DNA of 64,000 nt from Prochlorococcus sp. AG-355-B18 (GCA_003280965.1 QCDI01000001.1:128001-192000); one strand, 5' to 3'. Counted from the first letter of the stretch, positions 43,245 to 54,957 are shown. The notes: generated from the letters alone by a model not told the origin. Numbers and translations: made by a program.

Positions 43245-44885
43245 TTAATTTGCAGGATTAGATAGAAATGTTTTCTCAGAATTTTCTAAATTATCAAATT
43301 GTGGGTGAATTGAATTTTTTTTCTCAGAAAATACAAGCCTATTTAAAGCATTAACATATGCGTTCGCAGCAGCAACCACAACATCTGTGTCGGCAGAATG
43401 TCCAGAATATATTTTATTATCCCTTCTTATTCTTATTGTCACTTCCCCCAAAGCATCAATACCCTCTGTCACAGACTTTACAGAAAATTCAATTAATTCA
43501 TTAGGAACTTTGGCTAACTTATTTAGAGCCTCACATACAGCATCAACAGGTCCAGTACCTAATGATACCGCAGTATCCTCAGTATTATCATCCGTGTTTA
43601 GAAGGGTAATTGTGGCGGTAGGTTTAGATGCATTACCGCAACTTACTTGTACAAGTCTTAATTGAAATTTAGCTTCTGGGAGTTGTACTTGTTCACTTAC
43701 AATTGCTTCTAAGTCTCTATCAGTAATTTCTCTTTTCCTATCAGCTAAATCCTTAAAACGAGCAAAAGCATCATTTAAGTCTTCCCGGCTTAAGTCATAT
43801 CCCATCTCTTCTAATCTTGCTCTCACTGCACTTCTTCCACTTAGTTTTCCTAAAGATATTTTGTTATCACTTAATCCAACAGTCTTTGCATCGATTATTT
43901 CGTAAGTTAGTCTATTTTTTAAGACCCCATCCTGATGAATACCTGACTCATGGGCAAAAGCATTTGCTCCAACAATGGCTTTATTAGGTTGAACAGTCAT
44001 CCCAGTTAAATTGGAAACAAGTCTTGAAGTTTTTGTTATTTCTTCTGTTCTAATAGCTGTGAGAGGAGTAGGTGAATCTGGGGTTCTTTTGAAAAAACTA
44101 TTAAAAAAACTTTTCCTAACATGTAGTGCCATTACTAATTCTTCTAAAGAGGCATTCCCGGCTCTTTCACCAATTCCATTAATAGTACATTCTAGTTGTC
44201 TTGCTCCATTTTTTACTGCCTCTAGAAAATTTGCAACTGCTAAACCTAAATCATTATGACCATGAACAGAGATTACTGCCTCATCAATATTTGGAACATT
44301 TTTATTTATATCAGCAATTAATTTTCCAAATTCACTAGGAGTTGTAAATCCAACAGTATCAGGGATATTTATTGTTGTCGCGCCTGCAGAAATTGCTAGT
44401 TTAATCACTTCATATAAAAAATCAGGATCACTCCTTGAGGCATCTTCACAAGAAAACTCAATATCATCTACAAATGATTTTGCATAATTAACCATTTCTG
44501 GAACTATTTGAAGAACATCTTTTCTAGATTTTTTAAGTTTATGTTTAAGATGAATATCACTTGTGGCAATAAAAGTATGTATTCTTTTTTTTGGAGCTGG
44601 GCTTACTGCTTCATAACATGCTTTTATATCTCCTTTGGAAGCTCTAGCTAAACCACATATGATAGGTCCATTTTCTTTTCCTACAGCATTGGCAATTTTA
44701 TTAACAGCTTTAAAATCTCCGGGACTTGCAAAAGGGAATCCAGCTTCTATAACATCTACTCCTAATCTTGCTAATTGGTGGGCAATAGCTAGTTTTTCTT
44801 CAAGATTTAAGCTGGCGCCAGGAGATTGCTCCCCATCTCGAAGAGTTGTATCAAAGATCAAAATTCTGCCTGGATCTTTGGCCAT
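43245..44885 (-). CDS. leuA: 2-isopropylmalate synthase
   Basis: [42 protein letters not shown]-terminal regulatory domain. Confidence 0.96.
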   Translation of the reverse strand: MAKDPGRILIFDTTLRDGEQSPGASLNLEEKLAIAHQLARLGVDVIEAGFPFASPGDFKAVNKIANAVGKENGPIICGLARASKGDIKACYEAVSPAPKKRIHTFIATSDIHLKHKLKKSRKDVLQIVPEMVNYAKSFVDDIEFSCEDASRSDPDFLYEVIKLAISAGATTINIPDTVGFTTPSEFGKLIADINKNVPNIDEAVISVHGHNDLGLAVANFLEAVKNGARQLECTINGIGERAGNASLEELVMALHVRKSFFNSFFKRTPDSPTPLTAIRTEEITKTSRLVSNLTGMTVQPNKAIVGANAFAHESGIHQDGVLKNRLTYEIIDAKTVGLSDNKISLGKLSGRSAVRARLEEMGYDLSREDLNDAFARFKDLADRKREITDRDLEAIVSEQVQLPEAKFQLRLVQVSCGNASKPTATITLLNTDDNTEDTAVSLGTGPVDAVCEALNKLAKVPNELIEFSVKSVTEGIDALGEVTIRIRRDNKIYSGHSADTDVVVAAANAYVNALNRLVFSEKKNSIHPQFDNLENSEKTFLSNPAN

Positions 44886-45102
44886 TTTCTAGAATCCTTT
44901 AAACTTATATTAAGCTAATTAAAAAAATTTGACTAGATTTTTTTTAGTAAATTACGGCTATTGATTATTACTTAACAATATTGGTTAAATTTTTAGAAAA
45001 AATTTAATATTTTTAATTTATTAAAGTATTGTTTTAAGATTAAAGCTTCTTTTATAAAGAGTTATTTTTTATAAAATTTCAGACAAAAAAATATAAAAAA
45101 AT

Positions 45103-46686
45103 ATGAATGGCCAATACCCAAAAAAAAATGTTTTAGGCCAGTTAGCGATAGTTTTACATGCTCATCTGCCTTATGTCAGAAAAAATGAAAAAAACTCTTT
45201 AGAAGAGGATTGGTTATTTCAGGCGATTTTGGAATGTTACATACCACTTCTTCAGGCAATAGAATCTTCCAAAAAAGAAAATCCTTTAAACACAAAACTT
45301 ACTATTAGTTTATCTCCCACATTATTATCACTTCTTGATAATAAACAAATTCAAGAAACTTTCCCATTTTGGATTAAAACAAGGAATGATTTTTTACGCG
45401 AGTTGCCACAAAAAGAAAAAAATGCCTCTGCATTTTTAATGAATAACCTCAATGACAAATACTCATATTGGGAAGAATGTTCCGGAAATTTAATTGAGAA
45501 ATTTAGAGTTTTAAATAGATCTGGAAATTTGGATATTCTTACTTGTGCGGCTACACACGGATATTTGCCAATCCTAAGGGAGAATCCTGAAACTGTAAAA
45601 GGACAAATTAACACAGCTATTAGGAGCCATGAAAATATTTTTGGAACTAAACCTTTAGGTATTTGGTTACCTGAATGTGCATATTATGAAAATTTAGATG
45701 AAATACTATTCAATTCTGGAATTAGATATGCAATTTTAGATGGTCACGGGATTCTTAATGCCACTCCAAGACCTAGGTATGGGGTATATGCCCCAATCTG
45801 CTCTAAAAAAGGAGTTGCTTTTTTCGGAAGAGATAGCGAGTCAACCCTGCCCGTTTGGTCTGCCAAGGATGGATTCCCTGGAGATAGAGTTTATAGAGAA
45901 TTTCATAAAGATTTGGGTTGGGAATTACCTACCACTAAGCTTCAAGAAAAAGGTATTTCATGTAAAAGACCTTTGGGATTAAAGTTCCACAAGATAACAG
46001 ATGAAAACGTCCCCTTAGGTAAAAAGGAGTTTTATCTAGAAACCGAAGCTATAAAAAAGGCTGAGGAGCATGCTGATACTTATCTTCAATCGAGATTAAA
46101 ACAATTAGAAAAATTAACATTGTCTTCTTCCTTTAATCCCTTATTGGTAGCTCCATTTGATGCAGAGTTATTTGGTCATTGGTGGTATGAGGGACCTATA
46201 TTTTTAAAGAATATTTTAAAGAAATCTAGTAGATATCTAATTAAACTTACAAACTTAAAAGAGTTTTTGATGCCAAGTCCTAATCTTCAGATTTGCGACC
46301 CTTCCCCATCAAGCTGGGGGCAAGGGGGTTACCATAACTACTGGATTAATGATGCAAATGCGTGGATCGTTCCGGAAATCACTAAAGCAGGCTCAACTTT
46401 TGTTGACTTGTGTAAGGAAAATTATAATAGTGATTTATCTACAAGACTTTTTAAGCAAGCAGCAAGAGAATTACTTCTCTCTGAGTCCTCTGATTGGAGT
46501 TTTATCCTTAGGGCCGGAACTACCACTGAGCTTGCCAAAGAAAGAATAGAAAGACACTTATTTAGGTTCTGGAAATTAGTTGAAATGATTAAAAAAAATT
46601 CTACTATTAATTTAAAATTCCTTGAGGATATTGAGGAAGAAGATAAAGTTTTCCTGGAAATTAATATTGATGATTGGCGAAAATAA
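45103..46686 (+). CDS. GH57 family glycoside hydrolase / 1,4-alpha-glucan branching enzyme (DUF1957)
   Basis: LHAHLPYV, GIWLPECAY, PFDAELFGHWWYEG, ESSDWSF. Confidence 0.92.
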   Translation: MNGQYPKKNVLGQLAIVLHAHLPYVRKNEKNSLEEDWLFQAILECYIPLLQAIESSKKENPLNTKLTISLSPTLLSLLDNKQIQETFPFWIKTRNDFLRELPQKEKNASAFLMNNLNDKYSYWEECSGNLIEKFRVLNRSGNLDILTCAATHGYLPILRENPETVKGQINTAIRSHENIFGTKPLGIWLPECAYYENLDEILFNSGIRYAILDGHGILNATPRPRYGVYAPICSKKGVAFFGRDSESTLPVWSAKDGFPGDRVYREFHKDLGWELPTTKLQEKGISCKRPLGLKFHKITDENVPLGKKEFYLETEAIKKAEEHADTYLQSRLKQLEKLTLSSSFNPLLVAPFDAELFGHWWYEGPIFLKNILKKSSRYLIKLTNLKEFLMPSPNLQICDPSPSSWGQGGYHNYWINDANAWIVPEITKAGSTFVDLCKENYNSDLSTRLFKQAARELLLSESSDWSFILRAGTTTELAKERIERHLFRFWKLVEMIKKNSTINLKFLEDIEEEDKVFLEINIDDWRK

Positions 46687-46691
46687 AAGTA

Positions 46692-47903
46692 CTAATTTAA
46701 CTTAAGCATTCCTAATTTTACTTTTAAGGGTGAATTTATAAACATCTTACTCATTACATAGATTAGTTTTGGAAGAGGAAGTGTATTAGTTAGAAAACCT
46801 ACCCATTCTTTGGTCGATAATCTAAAGAAATTTGAGAAAAAGCTTCTTAATCTACTTTCATCAAAACTCATTAATCTATTGAGCCCATATTGGTAAAGCT
46901 TGTGCCTTTGTGTTAATTCGTAAGGCCATAAGACATCCCAACCTTTTGTAGCAAGCTCAAGTGAACTTAAATGAGGTTCTTTTAAAAAAATTGCTAATTT
47001 TTCAGCAAGGAGCGGGGCCCTTCTTAGTAAAGAACCAATCATGTATCCTGATGCAGGATGCACCATACTTGCAGCCCCTCCAAAACCAAGTACAAATTGT
47101 TTTTTAAATGGGAGGGGTAAATTCATTGGGAAAAGGCAGTTCTCTTCATGAAAGATTTCACTTACTTTAATCCCTTTATTATCTAGTCTTTTAAAAAGTC
47201 TTTTTTTAAGATTTTCTTGCGATAATGCTGGATAACTAGCTAATGATGTTTCTTCAACAAAAAATGTTTGATTGCCTAGATCCATTGCATAGAGAAAAGA
47301 AGGAGAAGATAATTTTTCTTCACTGTTTAAATGATTTGGACGAAAATCCATCAAGACAAATTGTTCCTTTTTAACTGGTGGAGATGAGAATTTGCCAACA
47401 ATTCCGTAAGCTGCTTGTTGAGCGATTTTATTTTGAAGTGGTCTTTTTATAAAATTACTTTTATGACCACTTGCATCAATAACTAACCTTGCCTTTATTT
47501 TTAGACCTGAATAACAAATTACTTCAGATAGTTTTTTATTCTCTTTAATATCCTGTGCCGTTTCATTCAACCATTCAATTCCTTTGCACTTTTTTAAAAG
47601 TTCATTTTGAAAGGCTTCTTGATTTATTAAACCATAATCATAATTATGTTTAGTTGGAATATTCCCTTTTTTATTGTTTCCATTCCCAAAAAAACTAACT
47701 GTTTCACACCATCGGTGAGATAACAAAGACTCTAATCCTAATTCCTCTAATTCAGATGCCCATATGCCATAAGTATTCTCCCATTTTTCATTTGGAGATT
47801 TTGTTGATATACCTTTTATTTTTAGATCCTGCTTAGCTAATTCAGAAGCTAAACATAATGCTGCAGGACCGGAACCTAAAATTAAAATATCAAGTATTTC
47901 CAT
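46692..47903 (-). CDS. crtL: Lycopene cyclase, CrtL type (probably the beta-cyclase)
   Basis: GSGPAA FAD motif, NTYGIW, SFLYAMD, FVEETSL, GGAASMVHPASGY. Confidence 0.9.
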   Translation of the reverse strand: MEILDILILGSGPAALCLASELAKQDLKIKGISTKSPNEKWENTYGIWASELEELGLESLLSHRWCETVSFFGNGNNKKGNIPTKHNYDYGLINQEAFQNELLKKCKGIEWLNETAQDIKENKKLSEVICYSGLKIKARLVIDASGHKSNFIKRPLQNKIAQQAAYGIVGKFSSPPVKKEQFVLMDFRPNHLNSEEKLSSPSFLYAMDLGNQTFFVEETSLASYPALSQENLKKRLFKRLDNKGIKVSEIFHEENCLFPMNLPLPFKKQFVLGFGGAASMVHPASGYMIGSLLRRAPLLAEKLAIFLKEPHLSSLELATKGWDVLWPYELTQRHKLYQYGLNRLMSFDESRLRSFFSNFFRLSTKEWVGFLTNTLPLPKLIYVMSKMFINSPLKVKLGMLKLN

Positions 47904-47926
47904 ATTATCTAATAAAGCATTTTCTT

Positions 47927-50524
47927 TTAATTTTCTTTCTCTGAGTTGAGTTGGTCTGTTTCTTCTGTTTGTTCATGAGGAACTAATACCACTTCTGATA
48001 AATGATCACCCTCATCTAATCTTTGTAATTTTACTCCAGTAGCAGCTCGAGATTGCTGGGAAATTTTGTCTGCGTTTGTTCTAACTATTACACCTTTTTC
48101 AGTCACAAAAAGCAATTCTTCCCCTTCTCCAAGGACCTTTAAACATACTAGTTCATCATCTTTGATTCTAAATTTTATCGCCCTTAAACCCATTCCTGCT
48201 CTTTTCTGTAATCTAAACTGAGTTACGGGTACTCTCTTTCCTAGTCCAAAAGCACTGGCTATTAGTACCCAGGGACCTTCTGTAGAGTTAACTTCGAGAT
48301 TTTCATCAATTTCTTTAGTAAGATGGTCATTTTTAGCCAGTTGATCAACTAAATCAGATGTTAAAACATCCATAGATACTAGATTGTCTCCTTTTCTAAG
48401 GTTCATTGATTTAACCCCCCTTGCAGTCCTACCAAGTGGCCTTAATTCGTTAATATCTAACCTGAAATGTATAGCCATTCCTGTTCTTGATCCAATTAAA
48501 ACACTATCACCTTCTTTTGATAATCTGACCCATGTTAGGGCGTCTCCATCTTCAAGATTAATTGCTATTAATCCATTCGAGCGAATTTTTGAGAAAGCGG
48601 AAAGTGAAGTTCTTTTTATAAATCCAGCCCTGGTTAGCATTAATAAATAACAATCGTCATTAAAAGAATCTACTGCAACTATTGAGGTTATTTTTTCTTC
48701 TCGTGGTATTGGAAGAAGTTGAACTGATGGAGTGCCTTTCGCAGTTCTGCTACTCATAGGAACTCTATATGCTGGAAGAGCATAAGCAACTCCTCTATCA
48801 CTGAAAAGTAAAAGAGTATCATGATCGTTACAGCTTATAAATAATTTAACTTCATCATCTCCTTGTGTCTTTGTTCCTGCTTTACCCCTTGACCCTCGAC
48901 TGGTAGATTCAAATTCATTAACAGGCATCCTTTTTAAATAACCTGCTTCAGTTAATAAAACAACTGATCTGTCATTGGCTATAAGATCAATATCATCTAG
49001 ACCACCACCTAAATCTAATATTTCTGTTTTTCTTGGGGAAGAAAATCTTTCATCAATTTTGTTAATTTCTTCAAGAATAATTTGAAGAATTCTTTCTTTA
49101 CTATTCAATATTTGTTGATAGGAGTTTATTTTTTGCGTTAATTCATCATGTTCAGCTTTGATTTTATCTGCCTCTAGGGCTGTTAATCTTCTCAACTGCA
49201 TTTGTAAAATTGCTTCTGCCTGCGTGGAGGATAACTCATGATCAGTTTGTAATTGTTCTCTAGCTGAAATTGTATCCTTTGCTGATCTTATTAGATTGAT
49301 AATTTCATCCATAGAACCTAAAGCTAATAATAGGCCCTTTACAATGTGATCTCTATCTTCTGCCTTTTTTAATAAAAAACCTGTTCTTCGCCTTATTGTC
49401 TCTACTCTAAAATCTAGGAAAACATCTAACATTTTCCGAAGTGAAAGAGTTGTTGGTTCTCCTTTAACTAAAGCTAGAATATTTGCACTGAAATTATTTT
49501 GTAGAGGTGTTAACTTAAATAAGTTATTTAAAACCACTTGTGGATAGGCATCTCTTTTTAGCTCGATAACAATTCTCATCCCATCTCGATCACTTTCATC
49601 TCTAATATCAGAAATACCTTCTAATTTTTTCTCATTAACCAAGTCTGCAATTCTCTCTATCAAGGCTGCTTTATTTGTTTGAAAAGGCAGTTCGGTTATT
49701 ATCACCGCATCTTTTTCTGCCCTACCAGCTGATTTGATTTGCTCAATATTTGCTACGCCTCTCATAGTTATTGAACCTCTTCCCGTTTTAAAAGTTTCTT
49801 TTATACCATCTCTGCCTAAGATTTGACCCCCAGTGGGAAAATCAGGACCTTTAATTAGTTCAAAAAGCTCTCTATCTTCAATTGATGGGTTTTTAATTAT
49901 TGATTTGAGACCATTAATTAATTCTCCTAAGTTATGGGGTGGGATATTAGTTGCCATTCCTACGGCTATTCCAGATGATCCATTTAAAAGCAGTTGAGGG
50001 ATTCTTGCAGGTAAAACTGTTGGTTCTTGTTGAGAACCGTCAAAGTTATCGGCGAAATCTACAGTTTCAGATTCAATATCTTCTAGTAAACTTTCATCTG
50101 TAAGAGACTTTAGACGAGATTCTGTATATCTCATTGCTGCTGGAGGATCGTTATCTACAGAACCAAAGTTTCCATGACCATCTATAAGTGGCATCCTCAT
50201 GGAAAAATCCTGAGCCATCCTCACCAAAGCATCATAGACAGCAGTATCACCATGAGGATGGTATTTGCCAAGTACTTCTCCAACAACTCTGGCACATTTT
50301 CTGTAAGGCCTACCGCTTGTTAAACCAAGTTCATACATTGCATAAAGAATTCTTCTATGTACAGGCTTTAATCCGTCCCTTGCATCTGGAAGCGCACGAC
50401 CAACTATAACGCTCATCGCATACTCCAGATAAGAGCGCGACATCTCATTTCTTAAGTCTGTTTGAATAATTCGATCGTTATCTTCGTTTAATCCAGAGTT
50501 ACCGGAATCTACAATATTAGACAT
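47927..50524 (-). CDS. gyrA: DNA gyrase subunit A
   Basis: [32 protein letters not shown], GyrA-box-like SRGSRG, beta-pinwheel repeats. Confidence 0.96.
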   Translation of the reverse strand: MSNIVDSGNSGLNEDNDRIIQTDLRNEMSRSYLEYAMSVIVGRALPDARDGLKPVHRRILYAMYELGLTSGRPYRKCARVVGEVLGKYHPHGDTAVYDALVRMAQDFSMRMPLIDGHGNFGSVDNDPPAAMRYTESRLKSLTDESLLEDIESETVDFADNFDGSQQEPTVLPARIPQLLLNGSSGIAVGMATNIPPHNLGELINGLKSIIKNPSIEDRELFELIKGPDFPTGGQILGRDGIKETFKTGRGSITMRGVANIEQIKSAGRAEKDAVIITELPFQTNKAALIERIADLVNEKKLEGISDIRDESDRDGMRIVIELKRDAYPQVVLNNLFKLTPLQNNFSANILALVKGEPTTLSLRKMLDVFLDFRVETIRRRTGFLLKKAEDRDHIVKGLLLALGSMDEIINLIRSAKDTISAREQLQTDHELSSTQAEAILQMQLRRLTALEADKIKAEHDELTQKINSYQQILNSKERILQIILEEINKIDERFSSPRKTEILDLGGGLDDIDLIANDRSVVLLTEAGYLKRMPVNEFESTSRGSRGKAGTKTQGDDEVKLFISCNDHDTLLLFSDRGVAYALPAYRVPMSSRTAKGTPSVQLLPIPREEKITSIVAVDSFNDDCYLLMLTRAGFIKRTSLSAFSKIRSNGLIAINLEDGDALTWVRLSKEGDSVLIGSRTGMAIHFRLDINELRPLGRTARGVKSMNLRKGDNLVSMDVLTSDLVDQLAKNDHLTKEIDENLEVNSTEGPWVLIASAFGLGKRVPVTQFRLQKRAGMGLRAIKFRIKDDELVCLKVLGEGEELLFVTEKGVIVRTNADKISQQSRAATGVKLQRLDEGDHLSEVVLVPHEQTEETDQLNSEKEN

Positions 50525-50703
50525 ACAAAAAACCTTTCTTTAATAATAATCGGTGATCGTCATTATGAATAAAAAATAAGATATATTTAATTCCCAAATA
50601 CTCACATTTACACACAAATCAAAATAAAACCTGTTGTTTTTGCGCAAACCTTGGCTTATTACCCCTTTAGTTGTTAACTTAATCTGAATAAATGAAAAAT
50701 TCC

Positions 50704-51867
50704 GTGAATATTGAACTTGGTCTAAACAAAAAAGTCAGAAGGGCTTATGGCATTGATGAAATAGCTTTAGTTCCTGGGAAGAGAACACTCGATTACGATT
50801 TGACTGATCCTTCTTGGGTAATAGGCGATTTTAAGAGAGAAGTTCCAATTGTTGCTAGTGCTATGGACAGCGTTGTTGATGTAAATGCAGCAGTAGAACT
50901 TACCAAATTAGGTGCACTAGGGGTTATTAATATGGAGGGCATACAAACACGGTATGAAAATCCTGATGAAATATTAAACAAAATAGCATCAGTTGGAAAA
51001 AGTGATTTTGTTCCACTAATGCAGAAAATATATAGTGAACCTATTAAGGAGGAGTTAATTTTAAAGAGAATAAATGAGGTTAAAGAAAGAGGAGGCATTG
51101 CTGCTTTTAGTGGAACTCCTCAAGCTGCCATTAAATTTACAGAAATACTTAATGATTCCAAAATAGATTTATTTTTTCTTCAAGGAACCGTTGTTTCGAC
51201 TGAGCATCTTGGTATGGAGGGGAAGGAAACCTTAAATATTAAGAAGCTTTGTCAATCTATGAAAGTCCCAGTTGTAGCTGGAAATTGTGTAACTTATGAA
51301 GTCGCTAAACTTCTAATGCAAGCTGGAGTTGCAGGATTAATGGTTGGGATAGGCCCTGGAGCGGCATGTACTTCAAGAGGTGTATTAGGAATTGGAATCC
51401 CTCAAGCAACTGCGATTGCCGATTGTAGTTCTGCACGAGATGATTTTTTCAAAGAAAGTGGTCGTTATATCCCTATCATTGGAGATGGAGGTATTGTGAC
51501 GGGTGGAGATATTTGTAAATGTTTAGCATGTGGTGCAGATGCTGTAATGATTGGCTCTCCGATAGCTAAATCCTCAAATGCTCCAGGCAAAGGATTTCAC
51601 TGGGGCATGGCTACTCCAAGTCCTATATTGCCTAGGGGCACAAGAATTGAAGTTGGGTCTACAGGATCTTTAGAAAGGATAATAAAAGGACCTGCCTTGC
51701 TTGATGATGGTACCCATAATTTATTAGGCGCTATTAGAACATCAATGAGTACTCTTGGGGCTAAAAACATCAAAGAAATGCAAGAGGTTGAAATAGTTAT
51801 TGCACCATCGCTTCTGACAGAGGGTAAGGTTTATCAAAAAGCTCAGCAGCTTGGGATGGGTAAATAG
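50704..51867 (+). CDS. guaB: GuaB3-family IMP dehydrogenase (no CBS pair)
   Basis: RRAYGIDEIALVP, ASAMD, GIGPGAACTSR catalytic Cys, DGG, HWGMA. GTG 50704 preferred; ATG 50692 possible. Confidence 0.9.
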   Translation: MNIELGLNKKVRRAYGIDEIALVPGKRTLDYDLTDPSWVIGDFKREVPIVASAMDSVVDVNAAVELTKLGALGVINMEGIQTRYENPDEILNKIASVGKSDFVPLMQKIYSEPIKEELILKRINEVKERGGIAAFSGTPQAAIKFTEILNDSKIDLFFLQGTVVSTEHLGMEGKETLNIKKLCQSMKVPVVAGNCVTYEVAKLLMQAGVAGLMVGIGPGAACTSRGVLGIGIPQATAIADCSSARDDFFKESGRYIPIIGDGGIVTGGDICKCLACGADAVMIGSPIAKSSNAPGKGFHWGMATPSPILPRGTRIEVGSTGSLERIIKGPALLDDGTHNLLGAIRTSMSTLGAKNIKEMQEVEIVIAPSLLTEGKVYQKAQQLGMGK

Positions 51868-51914
51868 TTCATTTAGTAAAAAATTATAAAAACTTAGAGA
51901 ATGTAAGTATTAAA

Positions 51915-51944
51915 TTGAACAAACTTCGCATAAGGAGTTATTAT
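51915..51944 (+). promoter_or_regulatory. Sigma70-type promoter of Yfr1
   Basis: TTGAAC(51915-51920)-N18-TATTAT(51939-51944), 6 nt upstream of the predicted sRNA 5' end. Confidence 0.6.
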
Positions 51945-51950
51945 TAATTA

Positions 51951-52007
51951 ATGGGGGAAACCCCATACTCCTCACACACTAAATCGCCCGATTAATCGGG
52001 CTTTTTT
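51951..52007 (+). ncRNA. yfr1: Cyanobacterial small RNA Yfr1
   Basis: 5' hairpin ATGGGG-GAAA-CCCCAT, unpaired ACTCCTCACAC (51967-51977), terminator hairpin, classic guaB-trxA location. Confidence 0.93.
51986..52007 (+). terminator. Rho-independent terminator of Yfr1
   Basis: GCCCGA-TTAA-TCGGGC followed by TTTTTT. Confidence 0.88.
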
Positions 52008-52098
52008 AGATATTTTGTTACTTATATTAGTTTATCTGTAATGAAATCATCACTTAAAAGAATTGCCTGCTAAATTTTCTAAAAGGAATACTTAAATT

Positions 52099-52422
52099 AT
52101 GTCATCAGCTCCAGCCGTAACTGATTCTTCATTTGACAAGGATGTACTGCAAAGTGATCTACCAGTATTGGTTGATTTTTGGGCACCATGGTGTGGTCCA
52201 TGTAGGATGGTTGCACCAGTTGTAGAAGAAATCTCTAAAGACTTTGAAGGGAAAATTAAAGTTTTCAAATTAAATACAGATGAGAATCCAAATGTTGCGA
52301 GTCAATATGGAATTAGAAGTATTCCAACATTAATGATCTTTAAAGGGGGTCAAAAAGTTGATACTGTGGTTGGAGCCGTACCAAAGGCAACTCTTTCGAG
52401 TACTTTAACAAAGCATTTATAA
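52099..52422 (+). CDS. trxA: Thioredoxin (m-type)
   Basis: [16 protein letters not shown]. Confidence 0.97.
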   Translation: MSSAPAVTDSSFDKDVLQSDLPVLVDFWAPWCGPCRMVAPVVEEISKDFEGKIKVFKLNTDENPNVASQYGIRSIPTLMIFKGGQKVDTVVGAVPKATLSSTLTKHL

Positions 52423-52431
52423 AAAAGATCT

Positions 52432-53049
52432 TTGCATAAAATTGGACTTATAGACTATGGGATGGGTAACATTCATTCCGTAACAAAATCTCTAGAAAGT
52501 CTTGGGGAGGAAATAATTTTAATTAATGATTTTAATGAATCAAAGGCTTGCAAGGCGATAATACTTCCTGGAGTTGGAGCCTTTGATCCTGCGATGATTA
52601 ATCTTATAAATACGGATTTGATATCTGATTTGAAAAATTGGATTAATAGTGGAAAGTCTTTTTTAGGGATTTGTTTAGGTCTTCAACTCCTTTTTGAGTC
52701 TAGCGATGAAGGGAAAGTTCAAGGACTAGGGATTTTAAAGGGAAAAATACAAAAAATACCTAATATAGTTAATCAAAGAATTCCCCACATGGGTTGGTGC
52801 CAACTTTTGCCTACAAAATCAAATACATTATTAGAGTTAGAGGAATCAAATAATTGGGTCTATTTTGTACATTCCTATCATGCAATCCCAGACGATATAA
52901 ATATTATTGCGGCTCAGGTTAATTATGGTTCTGAAAAATTAACTGCAATGATTGAGAATGATAATTTATTGGCCTGTCAATTTCATCCAGAAAAATCTGG
53001 TAAAACTGGAGAAAAACTTTTGAGAAGATGGCTAAGTAATATTCAATAA
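52432..53049 (+). CDS. hisH: Imidazole glycerol phosphate synthase glutaminase subunit
   Basis: DYGMGN, LPGVGAF, GICLGLQ, PHMGW, YFVHSY, QFHPEKS. Confidence 0.96.
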   Translation: MHKIGLIDYGMGNIHSVTKSLESLGEEIILINDFNESKACKAIILPGVGAFDPAMINLINTDLISDLKNWINSGKSFLGICLGLQLLFESSDEGKVQGLGILKGKIQKIPNIVNQRIPHMGWCQLLPTKSNTLLELEESNNWVYFVHSYHAIPDDINIIAAQVNYGSEKLTAMIENDNLLACQFHPEKSGKTGEKLLRRWLSNIQ

Positions 53050-53063
53050 ATAGATAATTACGG

Positions 53064-53663
53064 ATGAAGACAAACTTAAGATTGATAGGAGGTAAGAGAC
53101 TCAAAAGTCCAAATAATATTTACACAAGGCCCACAACTTTGAGAGTTAGAGAGGCTCTATTTAATATTCTTAATAATAAAGTTGAAAATTGTAACTGGTT
53201 AGATTTATTTAGTGGAACAGGAGCAATATCTTGTGAAGCATACAATCATGGGGCAAGAAAAATAATTGCAATTGAAAAAAACAAAAACAACTCAAAAATT
53301 TGCCTAAAAAATTTACTTTCTTTGCAGGATATAGATAATAGGAAAAATGATATTGATGTTATTTGTAAAGATGTTTTGACCTGGACAAAACCAAATTACG
53401 AGAGAAATTTATCATCTAAAATCATGGACTTAAACAAATTAAAATTTGATTTTATTTATTTAGACCCTCCATATAATGAGAATTTCCATGAGTTAGTTTT
53501 AAGTCAAATTTTTAATTGTAATTTTTTAAAAAAAGATTCAACAGTTATTTGTGAACATTCTCCAAACCTAATTATTAAAACAAGTAATTTGTGGGAAACT
53601 ATAGATGTAAGGGACTATGGACAGTCAAGATTAACATTCTTAATCAATGTCCAAAATACCTGA
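53064..53663 (+). CDS. rsmD: 16S rRNA m2G966 methyltransferase
   Basis: [27 protein letters not shown]. Confidence 0.9.
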   Translation: MKTNLRLIGGKRLKSPNNIYTRPTTLRVREALFNILNNKVENCNWLDLFSGTGAISCEAYNHGARKIIAIEKNKNNSKICLKNLLSLQDIDNRKNDIDVICKDVLTWTKPNYERNLSSKIMDLNKLKFDFIYLDPPYNENFHELVLSQIFNCNFLKKDSTVICEHSPNLIIKTSNLWETIDVRDYGQSRLTFLINVQNT

Positions 53664-53759
53664 ACCTCTTCTGTATTGATTCCATGCGCTTACGAATAAT
53701 CCAAGAAGGGTTATTGGAACCAACCCTAAAACAATTCCACATAGAAGAGGCTCGATCAT
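53640..53759 (-). CDS. petG: Cytochrome b6f subunit V (39 aa; not in the ORF track)
   Basis: Manual translation [39 protein letters not shown]. Confidence 0.96.
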   Translation of the reverse strand: MIEPLLCGIVLGLVPITLLGLFVSAWNQYRRGSGILDID

Positions 53760-53815
53760 TTTTTTTGCTTTTTTTGAAAATCTCTTACACAATTGTTACA
53801 TAGAGACTATTTTTT

Positions 53816-54202
53816 GTGTCAACATCTTCATCATCTGCAGCAGAAAAAGACTCTAAAAGAGAATTCTTGAAAAATTTGTTTATTGTTTTTGTTGTTTTAT
53901 TTATATTTTTTTTAATATTTTTCGCAAAACATCATGAAAATAATGAATATATTTTTGAAACTCTTGAACTTAATGGCTCTGCTGAAGAAGGGGTTGCTCT
54001 TTTTAAGATAAATTGTGTTGGATGTCATGGAATTTCTGCAAGAGGATTAGTTGGCCCAGACTTACACGGAATAACTAAACGTTTGAATGATAAAGAGATA
54101 ATTAAACAAGTTACTGGTGGTCTTACTCCTCCTATGCCAAGTTTTGAAATTGATCCTGTAAATATGTCCAATTTATTAAAATATCTTCATAGCCTTGAAT
54201 GA
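53816..54202 (+). CDS. cytM: Membrane-anchored class I cytochrome c (cytochrome cM)
   Basis: N-terminal TM helix, CVGCH, GLVGPDL, TPPMP distal Met. Divergent from petG. Confidence 0.85.
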   Translation: MSTSSSSAAEKDSKREFLKNLFIVFVVLFIFFLIFFAKHHENNEYIFETLELNGSAEEGVALFKINCVGCHGISARGLVGPDLHGITKRLNDKEIIKQVTGGLTPPMPSFEIDPVNMSNLLKYLHSLE

Positions 54203-54957
54203 TTTTGGAGAAAAATTTTTCTAATTTAAAGGTAATATTAGTTGAACCAAATGGTCCTTTAAATGTTGGGAGCGTTGCCAGGTTATGTTCAAATTTTGAA
54301 GTTGATGAATTAAGAATTGTTTCTCCAAAATGCGATATATTCTCTTTAGAAGCAAAAAAAATGGCTCTTAAAGGCCAAAAATTTCTTGATCATTGTAAGA
54401 TTTTTGATAATCTTGAAAAAGCAATTTTTGATTGTGATTTAGTTCTCGCATCTTGTGGAAGGATTGATATAAGTAAAGATTCATTTTTTGAATCTTCTGA
54501 AGATGTATTTAATTGGATTTTATCTTTTAAAAAGATTACTAATTTAGCAATCATATTTGGCAGAGAAGATAGAGGTTTAACTAATAGCGAATTACTTCTG
54601 GCACATAAAACTTTTAATATCCCAACTTCTCAGAATAATCCTTCTTTAAATCTTTCTCACGCAGTTTCAATAGTTTTGTATGAATTAAATAAGGCTTCTA
54701 ATAGAAATTTAAATAGGGATTTAGAAGTTTTTAATCTTGCATCATCAAAACAAATACAAGATTCATTTGTAGAGATAGAGGAAATGCTTCTGGGAGTTGG
54801 ATACCTTTTAAAACATACCTCTAATGTGAAAATAAGTAAATTTAAGAGTTTTATTTTAAGGGCAAATACATCAATGCACGAAATGAATGTTTTGAGAGGA
54901 ATTGTTCATCAAATAAATTGGTATTTAACCAATTCAAAAAAAATTAGAAATGAATGA
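54199..54957 (+). CDS. trmJ: SPOUT RNA methyltransferase, TrmH group 1 (TrmJ-like)
   Basis: VILVEP..PLNVGSVAR, IFGREDRGL, PSLNLSHAV. Confidence 0.85.
   Translation: MILEKNFSNLKVILVEPNGPLNVGSVARLCSNFEVDELRIVSPKCDIFSLEAKKMALKGQKFLDHCKIFDNLEKAIFDCDLVLASCGRIDISKDSFFESSEDVFNWILSFKKITNLAIIFGREDRGLTNSELLLAHKTFNIPTSQNNPSLNLSHAVSIVLYELNKASNRNLNRDLEVFNLASSKQIQDSFVEIEEMLLGVGYLLKHTSNVKISKFKSFILRANTSMHEMNVLRGIVHQINWYLTNSKKIRNE

Noticed and set aside
50638..50647. Palindrome TTTGCGCAAA upstream of guaB as a purine-regulator operator
   Set aside because: A single 10-bp palindrome. I noticed no second copy upstream of prs or folD and there is no candidate regulator in the window.
53591..53803. 70-aa plus-strand ORF between rsmD and cytM
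   Set aside because: It is the antisense shadow of petG, which is the real gene here.
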